Source: Takakia lepidozioides (taxonomy: Eukaryota > Plantae > Bryophyta). Taken from it: 64,000 nucleotides of DNA. Each line of letters starts with the position of its first letter. Position 1 is the first letter of the stretch. The stretch lies in assembly GCA_030704615.1 (NCBI GenBank), contig CM060733.1, positions 32,364,001 to 32,428,000 on the forward strand, written 5' to 3'. Shown in pieces: positions 49,145 to 62,890 of this stretch. A program made the position numbers and the translations under genes. Under the pieces are notes generated by a model. That model was not told where the DNA came from. It saw only the letters and a program-made list of their open reading frames with translations, and searched no databases.

Positions 49145-52100
49145 ATGGGAAGCAGCCAGTCCCGTAACGACTACTCGCAGCGTAGTTACTCGCATTCTTC
49201 AGCACCGGCAAGCAGTCAATCTTTGCCAAGGCAGCCGGCTTACCATGAACCGAGGCCGACGAGGCCCACGCTCGGGAGAAGGTTGTCCAGAAAATATTCG
49301 CATATCAGCGACCAATTTACCAGTGTCGAGCAGGTCTGCTTGGATCAACCTTGCAAAAATATCGCGACATGGGTTTTTATATATATAGATTGTTAACATT
49401 GAGACGGGTAGGCAATCTGGTATAATGCAAAGCAGTAAGTGGTTCAAACATATTGTTGGGTTATATTTTTTCAGTAGAGACATCTGTGGTAAGGGAGCTC
49501 ACCTGTTTGAGAAAACTAGGTCTAAGAGAGGGGGAAGTGGGCTGGTGGAGGGAATAGATAGGATTTCAGTGCAGCAATAGCCTCTGCTTATTTGGGTTCT
49601 GACATATCCAATGATTTATGATCACAGGTGCAGCAAGCACTCAGTCAATCAGGTCTGGAGTCGTCAAATCTGATTGTGGGCATTGATTTCACCAAAAGCA
49701 ATGAGTGGACAGGTTTGGTCATCACTCCAATTTCATCAAAATACAGATGTTGATAAAAATACGTGTAGACTGAATTTACTGTATGTCTTCAACATTGGGC
49801 CTCTGGGTACCAAGCGGTTCTGCTAAGATGTCGAGTTGCTGAGAGCACTGTGATTCTGGAAGGGTCACATTTTGTCCACAATATTGGATGCCGTCGTTTT
49901 ATTGACAGTAGTTCTCAAGCATTAACTCTGGTTATAATATGTTGATTTTTCCCAGTTGCTGTGTAAGCTGGTCAAGTGGTTTATAGCTGTTGAGAAGGTA
50001 TACAACAGGGTTGGATAACTTTGAGGTGGAAATTGTGCAGGGCTGGCACATTTGCACCTTAATTTGAATTATTGCTGCCCTGTGGTTGAGATTTGCAGGA
50101 AAACATTCATTTAATAGGCGTTGCTTGCATTCCATTGGCAATGAGCTCAACCCCTATGAACAAGCTATCTCTATCATTGGCCAAACCTTGTCTCCCTTCG
50201 ACGAGGATAACTTGATCCCTTGTTTCGGCTTCGGAGATGGTGAGTTTTTATACCAATATGCCTTGTATTCTGGACTGTCTTCCCGATGGAGCATCTGCCT
50301 GCTTATTGTTGCATTGGCAATTAAAGAGGACAGAACACCACAGCAGCTGTCCTGCTAAGTCCCAACGCAGTCCTGTTGCCCTGCAGCATTACTGTTGTCT
50401 GGCTTTTCTTGAGTGCTTGCTGATGAGTTAAGGTGGCTAGCAAGGGTTGTTCACATGATAGCAGAAAAACAACCACATGACCACGGTACTTGCCGTTGCA
50501 GGCTGCCGTGCACGGCTGCTTGGAACGTCCATTCAGTGGAGGCTCATGTCCGTCAGCACTGGCAAGCTGGTGGTTGACTATACAGATCATGACCAGTCAT
50601 TAGGGATCTTTGTGAGTGTACTCATGTTAAGTGCACTATGCCTGAGCTTTTGTGATGGCAACTGATCCTTCTAAAGTATATGTTTGGCGATTGCAGTTAT
50701 GATTACCTGATCCGTCACAAGGCAAACTTAAGCATATGTACATACATATTCTCCTATTTTTCCCTGTAGATATGATGGATTTCAGTTGTTAATGATTTTT
50801 ATGTGTGGTTGAATACAGCCTCGACCCATGATCAAAATGTCTTCAGCTTCTTTCCAGACAACAGGCCTTGTGCGGGCTTTGAAGAGGCCCTGAAACGCTA
50901 CAAAACGATTGTTCCACATTTGCGCCTTGCTGGTTCGCTCTAGCTCTTTGCATGAGTTGTTCTTGAGTAATACAAGTTTTACTGTATACAAGTTCCTGTG
51001 TTATAGCTGCACCAGATGCAGATGCAGGATTCCAAGTCATGCAGTACACGAGATTTCTCTTTTTGTACTTCTGGATCATTTACATATGAGAGAGAGAGAC
51101 CTTAAGTTAACATCTGCTTCTCCAGATATTTGTGCTATTTTAACTCCAGTTGAAAGTATCTAAAGTGTACTATGGTCAAAGGGATACATCGGTCCTTGGT
51201 TGCTGGTATCTATAGCATTTGCTGCTCTGATTGTGATGTTGGTTGGAATTGAAATGAACATTGAAGTTCAGCTTATAGAAATTGGCTATAAGGCTACAAT
51301 CGTTGACTCCATTCGGTGTATTGCATGTATGGGTGCATGACAGGGCCAACATCCTTTGTGCCAATCATTGAGGCAGCTATAGATATTGTGGAGCGGACAG
51401 GAGGGCAGTATCACGTTCTTATCATCATTGCAGATGGCCAGGTATTACTTAGTTACAATGGTGTGATTCAATGTCTGAGCTGGGTTCATTTTTCTCGAGA
51501 TTGTTCTGTCTTGGTCCTCTCTAAACTCTGCGCTTCTCTTTTTGAATTGATATATTGGCCAGAGTCTGTTTCTACTCTTGAAGGCTGCAAAGTCCGCCAG
51601 GCTGAAATCCCTTTATATTGTGCAATCTTGTGAGGTAGTCTGGAGTTTTTGCTTAGGTTGTTTATTTCTCTGGAGGGGTGGTTTTAGGTGACGAGGAGCA
51701 TTGACACTGAGAGTGGACGCCTTAGTCCACAGGAACAATCAACTATTGATGCCATTGTGACTGCCAGGTAATGCTGGTCATGGGGCTCATCACTTAATTC
51801 TCAGATCAGACAACAAGTTAGGGTTTTATGTCCTTGCGATGATACAGAGAACAAGTTATGTCATTGTGGTGCTTGGTATCTATGCTTTCTGCTCATCTTT
51901 GTGATGTGAATGCAGTGAATATCCACTATCAATTGTGCTTGTGGGAGTTGGTGATGGTCCTTGGGACATGATGCGGCAATTTGACGATAATATACCGGCT
52001 CGCAGCTTTGACAATTTTCAGGTGTCTGCCCCTGCCATTTGTTTGTTTAGAGGAGTTGTGTTCTGCTAGAAGGTTGTAATGTGACTTTTTTGGGATAAAC

Positions 52101-55100
52101 AATTGGTTCGGTCTTTCCAGATTTCCTCTAGAAAGCCCTTCACACAAGCATCAATCTGCTGCATGTTAGCTGCCCAGCATGTAGACCCCAACAGGCCCAG
52201 GGCTTTAGGCTCAGCCTCAAGACTTTCAAGCTGGTAAACAGAGGTGGAGGGACTATGTTCTCGATGGTCCTGAAGAGGGTAGCTTGCAATGAGAATACCC
52301 CGGACATTGTATCAGAAAAGATCTTGTCTTCAGACCTCCTGCATATTGAGCATTGACGATCTCTCTTTCCTCTCTGCATCTGTTTATTGTTCAAAGGTAG
52401 ACTCCCCACCCTGAGTTTAAATTTCAGTCTAGTGCTGAAGGTAGGTAGGCCCTTCAGATCATCCTTAAAGGTCCTCACCCATGTCACACACTGGAAACAA
52501 GTTCAGGGAAGTCTTATGCCTAACTCTGTGAGAGATTGTACTCATAAGACGTTGTTTGCCGTAGCCTTGTGGCCATTGACCCCGCGCCCAGTTTGAGCGG
52601 GAACAAAAGGGACAGAACCTACCTCTGTCAGGGGCTGACATTGGTAGTAAGACTTACCTCCATATAAAGAATTAATCCGGGTTTTCCAGATATCCTCTAG
52701 AAATCCCTTCACACAAGCATCAATCTGCTGTGTGTGATTTGCCCAAAAACTAGGCCTCAGGAGGGCCTGTGCTTTGGCTCAGCCTCGAGACTTTCAAAGT
52801 TGGTAAACAGGGGTACAGGCACAATTCCCTTAATAGATTTGAAGAGAGCGTCTCTTTGGTGAGAGAACCCCGGACAGTGTATCAGAAAATGAATACTGTC
52901 TTCAGATTGCCCACACAACGGGCAATTGCACTCTCCCTTTCCTCTCTGCTTCTGTTTGCTGTTCAAAGGTAGGCTTCCTGCCCTGAGTTTAAATTTCAGT
53001 CTAGTGCCGAGAGTGGGTAGACCCTTGAGGTCATCCAAGATGTCCTCCCCCATGTCACAGACTGGAAACAAGTTCAGGGAAGTTTTCTGCCTAACTTCAT
53101 TTTCATCAGACAATCTCATGGCAACAGACATGGCTGAGGACACTACAGCCTCTAAGTCAGATTTATCCAGCAGGGTCAAGACTTGCGGATCCAGGTCCAG
53201 GTCCTTGAGGATCTCTTCTACTCTCTTCTGCCAGGACTTAGCCTGTTTGACAGGGCGGTCCTGTTTCCAAGATATAGAGTCGATTAACTTAGGATATCTG
53301 GTGCTGGGCATATGTTGCAGCTGACCCCACCATCTGACCTTGAATTCATCTCGTCGGGAGCTTAAGGACGGAATGCCAAACTCACCCCGAACAGCCACAT
53401 TGGCTGTTTTGGAGCATGCTGACATACACTCCTTAAGCACCCCCACTTGAATGGATTCTAGAGACTTAGCCTGGTTGGAGTTATCAACCCATATAGCAGA
53501 TCCGTACTCCAAGGCAGGTCTAATAATGCGACAAAGCATGGTTTTCTTAACCTCAGAGTTGACCCCTCTGCAGTGGAAAAATTTAGTGAGCCCCAGAGCT
53601 TTGCCCTTGCCAGTTTGAACAACTTTCCGGATATGTGCATCCCAATTACAATTGGAGGAGAACTCAACGCCCAGGTAAGTGTAGGAAGGGAGGACCGGGA
53701 TCTCTTGGCTACCCCACTGCCACTTAAGATCACTTCCTCCCTCTCCTCTGACGTTGAATGCTACCACTGCACATTTGCTGACATTAGCCTCTAGCCCCCA
53801 AAGATCAAAGTATCTCCTCGCGCAATCAATTAACTCCTGGAGATTGGTTGGAGTCTCCCCTATGCCTGCGAAGTCATCCGCAAACATAAGGGCTGGTATG
53901 GTGGTATCACCCACCCTTAACCCAAATCCCTCACTTTCCACATCCTCGAGGATCAACCTCGAGATCAACCTCGAGACGAGTACTTATAACTCTGCAGAAT
54001 GTCTTGCCAACAGCATTGAGGAGCGTGATGCCACGGTAGTTCCCCGGTTCTTCTCTGTCACCCTTCTTGTATAGATTGACAATGACCCCCTGTCGCCAGC
54101 GAAAGGGGATCATTTCAGTCTTCCAGATAAGGTTAAAGAGGAGAACTAGGGCCTCTATCATGGGATCGCCACCGTGCTTGATAAGCTCGTTGACAATACC
54201 ATCAGGTCCACCAGCTTTATATCCATTTAAATGTTCAATTGCTTCCACAATCTCAGAAGAACTAATGGGAGCATTATTAGCCATTGAAATATACTCCAGT
54301 TCATCAGGGCTGTTTTGAATCATAGGAACAGTTTTTCCAAGTGTGTCCCTCCATTCAGCAGAAGACCCCTCACTGTTAGACCTAGAAGTTCTGCCAAGGA
54401 TACTGTAGTGAGTTTCAAAGGTTTTGACAATGTCAACCGATGAAGTCACCACTGCACCTTTAGTAGTCTTCAGCGCTTGTACTTGCTGACCGTTTTTCGG
54501 CTTGTACAAACGTTGAAGGGCCAACCAGAATTTCTTGTCATTACCACCATGGTGGTTTGAGTTTATTTCACTGTATAACTTGTCCCAGTATAATTTCTTC
54601 TGAGACCTAACAAGCTGATTGATATCTTTACGGAGCTGGTAGTACCTCGCCCACAATTCTCTGTTAGTTGCCAAATTGCAGCACTCTTTATAGAGGGCTC
54701 GTCTCTCAGCTATCTTGAGTTTAATCTCATTAGTCCACCAATTAACTGCTCTACCGCAGACAATTAGTTTCCTCCCAATGATCTTGTCAGCCACGGAGGA
54801 AACGAAACTCTCCCAAGAGTCCACTGCTCTTTCGACTTCATTTCTTGCGTTAACAGAGCGTGACTGAAGTTCTTGGAGCGATTGAACAAAATGAGGGAGA
54901 GCCTCTTGCAAGGCCTGGACGTACTCAGCCTTGACCTCCTCATTGTGGAATTTTTCTATGCGCCACTTCTGAATCGAATGTTTCACAGATCTCTTGGTGG
55001 TGGGAAAACACCTTTTGATCTCAGTCCAAACCAGGAAGTGGTCAGAGGTACCAATATCAGTTCTGTCGATCAACACATTGGCACACTGGGGGAACAAAAT

Positions 55101-58100
55101 TTTGTCCATTATGATATAGTCCACAATGGAACATTCCCCAGTTTGGGATTTCTCACGAGTCCACTGCACTTGGTCACCTCTTGTCCTGTTATTCAAGGTC
55201 AAAAGCTGAAGCTCTTCTAGACAGTTAATTAACCGTCTGCCATTAGAATTCAGCTCGTCCTCACCAAAAGGTCCAATGATATCGTCCTGATGGATCCCTT
55301 TGCCCACCCGGGCATTGAAGTCCCCCAATAGTACCACCTGACCTTTGGCAAGGAACGAAGCACAGTCCAGCTTTACATTTTCGAAGGCCTTGTCTGCGTG
55401 AGCACTAAGGGTCCCCTCTGTGGGCATGTAAACACAACCAACAAAGAGGTCCTTTGTACTCATGCCGCCCTTCAAATTCAGTTTTAGCCAGATACTATGC
55501 TCGTACCTCAAACCCTTGTTGATAATTTCACAATTGTCAAACAAGAAAGCACGGACAAAGAATCCGACCCCTTTTGGACCACGTTTGGCAGAGGCTGCCT
55601 TGAGAGTACACATCTTACCTGCCCATTTATAACCAATGACATCTCCAACCAGTTTATCCGACGTTTCCCATGTTTCTTGCCCAGCACAGATATGAATATC
55701 ATTAGTCCGAAGAACTTGTCCCACTTCAAGTTGTTTCCTTTGGTTGGTCAACCCTGAGAAGTTGAAAGTGGCCAGCCGCAAGCCAGCCCTTTGCGTGTGA
55801 ATTGTTTGTCGTCTAGGTAGCTTGTGATTGCTCCTGGACGGCCAACCGTTCTGCAAAGGGGGGACAGTTACCCCATGTGTAGATTTTGCTCGTCTTGTGT
55901 AAACTTTGAGAATTGGTAAACCATTCAGGGTACCAAATCTTTCAGTTACATGAGAGAGAGAGAGAGAGGGAATGTACTCATAAGACTCTGTTTGCTGTAG
56001 CCTAGTGGCCATAGACCCTGTTTGTGTGTTAGAGAGAGAGTGGTTACTTTCATTTACCTCAATGAGTTCAAAATAATAACAACACCCACACAGGAGTAGG
56101 ATGAGCAGACAATACCATAAGAGATATTAAGTACAAGCATTCCTTAATAAGAGATTCTAACCCCTGGAAAATGTGAAGGTGGGGGGAGGGTCAAGAATAT
56201 GTGAGCTGATTTGGATCATTTTGGTGGGCACAGTTTGTAGATTTCTCTCAGATAATGGCAAGAAACATGCCTGAACAGCAGAAGGAGGCTCTCTTCGCTT
56301 TGTCAGCACTTATGGAGATCCCTCAGCAGTACAAGGCAACCTTAGAGTTCGGCATGTTGGGGTATGTCTCCAAGTCAATCTGTGAAAGGCTCAGAGCCCA
56401 ACCCCAACAGGGGTCGGTATCTGCAAGGGGAAGTCGGTCTTGTTTACGCTACCTTCCACCGGAGTCTTTTCTCTCTTCTGAATAGCTTCCTTTGATGTTT
56501 GTTGGCCTGGTTAGCTGTTTGGAGATTACTTTTGATCGGTAGTTTTAAACGACAGTTGACACTCAGATTGGAAGTTGGTTTGCCTATTTATGTTGTAGAG
56601 ACCTGACTCCCTTTCCTATTCAGACCGTGGGAGGAAGATGCGTCCCAAGTTGAGCTGCATGTCTTGTGTGCAAGTGTGACCTACAGTCCTCTTGTATAAA
56701 GTGCTTTGATGCTCACTTGTCTAGTGGGGATTTGGTGTCACTTTCGTCTACAGTATTTTGCAGTTAGTATCAATTAGAAATAGGTTTTGGAAAGGAGAAC
56801 ATGAAGGACATGACCATAGATTGACTTGATAATGACTTGCATCTGGCTTGATCTGATAGTGCACATTAAACGTAGCTGAGTTTTTCTTTTCTGACAAGCC
56901 TGTAGAGAAGGCTATTAGAGTAGCTATATGATGGGTTGTGAACTTGAAATTGAGTTTGCTTCTACTTGCGGTATTGTTGCTTAGTATGGCAATGGATAGA
57001 TCATGCTGGTTGGAATTAACACAGTAGTACTTTGATGTGTTGCAAGAACACAAGGGCGTTCGAAAAGGTTGGTTAGGATAGTGTTTGTTCAATTGCGATC
57101 GTTGTGGTTGACATTATGGTAACTGGCAGGCGACAGACTGGACGAGCACCATGCAATAACCCACTTCCACCACCACCAGGTGTAATGCAAGCAGACGCTG
57201 CCACTTGTGGCTATCCACAGACCTCTAACTATGGGGCTCAAACCATGCATAATATGAATTATAGACACCAAAGCACTCCAGTGCAGGATTTCAGTAAGCC
57301 TGCTCCCTATCCTCGCCAGTTTCCATCAAACCCGCCCAGTTATGGTGGATATGGTGGGTATGGTGCTTATCCATCTGCACCACCATCTGCTCCAATTCCT
57401 CCAGCATTTGAGGACAAACAGATTCCAAAACAAGAGGATGCAGAACACCAGGTGAGATCCACCTCCACTTGATGCGCTGTGTTGTGGTCAATCTTGTAGT
57501 TCCGTCTTTGGCTTAGTCAAGTCTGAATTCGTTTGTGGGTTTTTAATAATGGATGTGGTACAGTATGGACAGATTGTGTGTATTCTGAAGACAAGTCCAG
57601 TGAAATGAGGCTGACAGTGTTCAATTTTTAGAATTTTCGTTCATTGCTGGAAGTTCTTCAACCATTTGGTGCAAGGAAGACTTCTATTTGCAGTTGTGCG
57701 AATTTGTGCACTTAGTTTTTAAATGAATGCTGGTTTTGTTGATGTGGGCATTCATGTTGGGTGCTTTCTGTTGTGGTCCATACAGATGTGTCCAGTTTGT
57801 CTAACTGCGAGGAAGGACATGGCATTCAATTGTGGCCATCAGGTAACATGCACACCAAATTATTTTGCATGTATTCTTGGCACAGGTTGCCTCATTTCAG
57901 GGCGAGCACGACCTCTGTACAATTCTCTGGGAAATAAGTCTTTCTTTCATAGCTAACCTCTTCAATGAGGTGGTGCAACGGGGCTTTCCAACAGAGTGGA
58001 CAAAGAGCATCATCCACCCACTTTTTAAGAGCGGTGACAGGCTCGCACCGACAAACTATCGTACTATCATGGTGTCCTCATTACTTGCTAAACTGTTTGG

Positions 58101-60406
58101 GGCAGTAGTGGCCATGGAACTGGATGATTGGGCTGAGTACTCTCGCATTCGTGCTGAGGGACGGGCTGGTTTCGGTCGAAACCGATCCACTATTGACCAC
58201 ATCTTCACTCTTCAAGTTATGGTGGAAAGTGCACGCTATGACAAAAGAATGGTCTATGTTTGCTTCGTGGACTTTCACAAAGCCTTTGATTCAGTTCCTC
58301 GGGACCTTCTCTTCCAACGGCTCCATAGAGTGGAAGTCCCTCCAGACATCCTTTGTGCCATCTCTTCTATGTATGAGATTGTCACTGGCATGGTCAACGT
58401 CGCTGGTGAATTCTCAGCCGAGATCCACAGCAACATTGGAGTCAAACAGGGCTGCCCCCTTTCACCTACCCTGTTCGGGATCTACATTGACGCCTTGGAG
58501 AATTACATATCAAAAAACCATGGGGTTGGGGTCCCATTGGATGGGGGACCAACCCAATCAGATCTCCTCTATGCTGATGATGTTGCCCTTTTGGCACAAT
58601 CCCCGGTCTTTCTGCAACGCCATCTCAAAATTTTGGAACAGTTCTGCAAAGACTATGGGATGCAGGTCAATCTTAGCAAGACCAAGATCATGGTCTTCAA
58701 TGGCCAGGCTGATCGTAGATTCATCTTCAACCAGCAGGAAATTGAGATTGTGAAATCATACCGGTACCTAGGTCTGGTTATCCACTCCCCCAAGTTTCAC
58801 TTTGCAGCCACTGCCTTGGACAGGTTGACTAAAGGTAAGGCGGCCTCCGTCCGCCTTCAGGCCAAATGCAAGCAAATACATCTGCGGCATCCCCCGACCA
58901 AAAAGTGGCTGTTTGACACCGTCGTCAGCCCTGCTACCATCTATGGTTGTGAGTTCTGGGCACCTGGTGTCCCTGTCTCCTGGTGGGAAAAGAATTTGGA
59001 ACCATTACAGGCATCTTTTCTCCATGCAATGCTTGGCGCCAGGAGCACAACTCCATCTCAGATCCTAGGTGCAGAGTTCGCATGTGTACCATTGCAATCC
59101 GAGGCCCTCTTCAGGCTTACAATCTTTCTCCATAGATTGCAGGCCCTTCCACCCAAAGGGCTAGTGGCAAGGGCCCTCACAACATCTATGAGGCTCAAAG
59201 CTGCAGGTTAACTCCTGGTATGCTCGAGTGGACAGTTTATTTCAACGTAACGGACTTTCTACTGCTTTCCTATTACCAATGAACCCAGATGAGGTGGACA
59301 TCACATCCAGACATGACCGCAACAGACTCATTCGGAGAGAGCTTATGGAATTACATGTCAAGAGAACTTGGATGCTACCCAATCTCACGACAAAGCTCCA
59401 CTTCTATCGAGAGACATTCTTGGTGCTCCGCGATGATAGAATCTTGAGACCAAATTACCTTTCAGCACCCTTATCTCCTTCCCTCTTGAGGGCATTGGGG
59501 CGGTTCAGGGTGGGTTCCCACAACCTACGGATAGAGACTGGCAGATGGGAAAAACCTGCAACGGGAGGACCGCCTATGTCCAGCTTGCATAGTGCGCAGC
59601 AAGGAAATTGAAACTGAAGAACACTTCTTCTTCTACTGCCCTCTATACTACGAGATCCGTGGGAGATTTCACTGTTTATTCAGTGGAACCCAAACTCTCA
59701 CTGATGTCTTTCACTATGAGGATCAAAAATGCATGGCAGCCTACCTACACGAGGCCTTCACCCTTAGACAATCGCTAGAACATTAATTGTGGTTTCTGGA
59801 TTTGTTCCTCTCTCATGTTTTCTTCCATTTTGTCCCATAAGCTCTACGAGCTTTCCGCGGACGTTATAAAGCACCATTTCATTCATTTCATTTCAAACAG
59901 GTCAGAAATGTAGGAGAGATGCAGCCTTTTCCTCTACATTTCTCTTAGATGATCTTTCTAAGCTGGTCAACGGCTATCTGGAAAACTCATATCACTTGTC
60001 TGTTCCATGGTAAGTCATACTACCGGTGTCACCCCCTGACAAAGGTAGTTTCTGTCCCTTAGTGTTCCGCTCAAACTGAGCGCGGGTTCAATGGCCACAA
60101 GGCTACGGCAAACAATGTCTTATGAGTACATTCTAAGCTGGTCAATGTAGATATTTGTGTATGTACTGATATTGTTTTTCCTCTGCTATTTAAGTCAACT
60201 AGACAATCGACATTTGCTAATCGCAGTCAGAACTTGATCATCTATCTACTGGTGTCTGCTGTGGTGTTTGTATGAGGTTGCAAAACTTTATTCTACTTGC
60301 AATAACCTTGTTCATCCGTTTGCAGACTTGTCAGGGATGTGGGGTCCATTTGAACACATGTCCGATCTGTCGTCAAAAGATTACTACGAAGATTCGACTG
60401 TACTGA
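49145..60406 (+). CDS. RGLG: RGLG-type E3 ubiquitin ligase (N-myristoylation motif, copine/vWA domain, C-terminal RING), 11 exons
   Basis: Exons 49145-49333, 49628-49712, 50099-50239, 50819-50932, 51344-51441, 51688-51767, 51916-52021, 56234-56361, 57130-57451, 57786-57842, 60326-60406, all GT-AG. Motifs [56 protein letters not shown]. Confidence 0.95.
52100..52528 (-). mobile_element. Older 3' fragment of the same LINE family as 52537-56040
   Basis: [23 protein letters not shown] parallels [23 protein letters not shown]. Confidence 0.82.
52537..56040 (-). mobile_element. Near-full-length RTE/RTEX-like LINE (APE + RT + Cys/His finger) in RGLG intron 7, RT core deleted
   Basis: ORF 56012-53931: [40 protein letters not shown] 53968-52757: [24 protein letters not shown]. 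Confidence 0.92.
57890..59894 (+). mobile_element. 5'-truncated RTE/RTEX-like LINE in RGLG intron 10, (ATTTC)n tail
   Basis: [65 protein letters not shown]; one stop at 59209 and a frameshift. Confidence 0.93.
59971..60130 (+). mobile_element. 160-bp 3' end of the 52537-56040 LINE family with 15-bp TSD
   Basis: TSD TTCTAAGCTGGTCAA at 59956-59970 and 60131-60145; insert matches the reverse complement of 52537-52695. Confidence 0.88.
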
Positions 60407-60948
60407 CGTTCAGTCACTTCAAAAAACATATTTGGAGTGTGGGTTACAAGAGCATCTTTGTACAATATCTTCTTGCAGTGTATCATGCATTATCCAGAGG
60501 TACAGGTTGCTAGTTATTTTTACCTGAGTCTAGAAAGGTTATGTAGTTGTATTAAATGAGGGGCTACCTCAGAGCTCTGTCTTTCCCCTTCGCATAATCT
60601 CTTTCTGCACTTAAGTACCACTGATTACAAGCAGAGTGCTCTGAGAGTCAAAGTCTGATTGTGCCTTTCAATTTTAGCCCCTCAATGTTACATTAGCTTT
60701 TAAGGGCTGTACGAAGGTATAGAACCGCATGCCACTCAATGTAGGTGCAGTTCTGTCAGCAGTTGTTTACTCGGTTAGAGTGGGCTTGTTCTTTTATGCT
60801 TGATTAATGTAAGCATGTGCCACTGGAAAAAAGCTTAATGGATTCATGGTTTATGTGTCGCTGTACTGCTGGTTGCATGCTGGCCAAATTTCCTATGACA
60901 GTCCTGATTTCATTCTCTTCAGACCTCTCTATAGAGGAACGTGACTGA

Positions 60949-61095
60949 CCTTGTGTGAAGGGCTTGCTAGAGGATAATCTGGAAAGGCCCAACTAGTTGT
61001 TTATATCAAGGTAAGTCACACTACCGGAGTGACCCCTCACAAAGGTAATTTCTGGTCCCTTTATTCCGCTCAAATTGGGCAAGGGGTCTATGGCC
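60949..61095 (+). mobile_element. Another diverged 3' end of the same LINE family
   Basis: CTTGTGTGAAGGG..CTAGAGGATA..GGTAAGTC..ATGGCCACAAGGCTACGGCAAACA. Confidence 0.8.
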
Positions 61096-61096
61096 A

Positions 61097-61810
61097 CAAG
61101 GCTACGGCAAACACCTTACGAAATTTCGCTACAAGTACGAAGAGGTAGAGAATGACTGGCTCTCGTTCAAGTCTACCCGTCTGAACACCAAGCCGGCTCC
61201 AGTTTCAGTGTCTTCAGATTGTGCTCTAGAGTTCTTGGAGCAACTCGTGAGGGGCATAGCCAAGCTTGCAAGGTTCAGCGTCCCTTCATGGCAGACAGAG
61301 CAAACCGCCAAGGATTGTGATTTGATTGCCACACGAGGACCAGAAATGCTGCATATAATTAGAAACATTACTCTTACTGATGCAGTTTTACCGGCTCACA
61401 TCTCAAGGCCAGTGCCCATTATCATTCAAACCAGGGAGACTGAAGCTTTTGAATTGCAACAAGAGGAACCAGGATTTCAAGAAGAGGTCCTTGCCATTGA
61501 AGGCATAAGGATACCATCAGGTAAACCATCAGGGTTTGTCTTGTTTTTGAATTTGCCCAAGGTGGACGAGCATACACCCTGGAGTTGTACAGAATATGCA
61601 GGCGCTTTCTCCCCCTATCCGACTGCTGGAAATTCACGAGAACACGCTAGTAGCCGCGATTATTCCTTCAAGGTAGGCATCAGCTCAAAGCTGAAGCAGC
61701 TTGGCCTTGAGAAGGAGCCCAGTATTCTGGTTAGTCTTGTGCCTAGAAGGAAGAGGAATGATGATACTGCCATCGTCATTCAATCCATCCGGATAGAGCT
61801 TGCCCAATAA
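61097..61810 (+). pseudogene. PPO: Polyphenol oxidase C-terminal fragment (end of DWL domain + KFDV domain)
   Basis: FRYKYEEVENDWL, EEVLAIEGI..FVLFLN..EYAGAF..GISSKLKQLGL..ILVSLVPR..IQSIRIE; no copper-binding domain or ATG upstream. Confidence 0.78.
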
Positions 61811-62639
61811 CATCATGGAGACTCCTGACCATATAAAAATACCAACTGTAGCTACTAAAGTTGGATAGAGTGTGTGGGAAAAAAATGGCCAAAAATTCAG
61901 GATTCTCCTGTGGGGATTCACTTTCGAAGCAAGGGGGGTCTGGACATGGTGGCAGCTAGAGGTGTTGTAGTTCGTTAGTGCAGAGATTCAGCTCTATCTA
62001 AAATGGAGGGACAAGGGAATACTAGCTAGCTATTAAATACTTGGGGAAAATATGCTTTTCAGAAGATACTAGGATCTGAACAAATCCGAATCAAACGATT
62101 GACTTGCATATTTGTGGAATTGAGTTGATTTAGTTCTCAACTGTTATGTGACACTAACAAGTCCAGTCACAGTTTCTGGGCAGAAGAGAATGACATCTTG
62201 CATCATGAGCTGATTTCTGATGATTGGAAACAGTCTTCAGAGAATTCCTGCACAGTGTGTCAGAGGATTAGATATCAATCTCCCATGACAATATAGACTC
62301 CCCTGAGAGAGTTAGAAATACAAGGCAAAGGGGTAGAATTTCAAAGTTCAGCCTATTACTCCGTAGCCTATGACATTGAGAACTTAGCAAGTGCAATCTG
62401 CAAAGGGAAGCTTGTGCTCATGGCCTGAGAAAGGGGAGACATAGCAGGTGACAAAATGGAGGCACATCACACACAACAACGGGTCATGGATCATCCTGCT
62501 GCAGCACAGACATAAGGGTCATGGAAATTTAGCTACCTGATCAAAGTTGATGCTTGCATACTGTTTTCTCTTCCACTGCAACAGTATGTGGGTCTGAAGT
62601 CGTGCTTGGAATCCGGCCCTCTGGGATGAATCTGGACCC

Positions 62640-62890
62640 ACACTATATCCCTGCTCTTTTCAGCTATAACCGCCTCTGCACCAATCATATCCTCGCCTTG
62701 CTGCTAGCAGCTGACAATAACATCCTAGATTTGTTCTAGCAAACATCCCAACCCCACTATCCACCCATATTGCACTTCCAAGGAGGTCCACCATGCAGCC
62801 AAAATGCTTAACTGTCAGAGTGACACCATGATCTTCACTCATGGAATCAAGTGTCTTCCTTCATCCACCAGGCCAATGTGGCTGCATCCA
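62640..62890 (-). pseudogene. PPR E-region relic
   Basis: SMSEDHGVTLTVKHFGCMVDLLG and broken YVLL..AAS-like sequence. Confidence 0.65.

Noticed and set aside
60009-60115. Stand-alone ribozyme or ncRNA
   Set aside because: Homology extends upstream into the LINE body, so these are 5'-truncated LINE ends; no hammerhead or HDV core could be fitted by eye.
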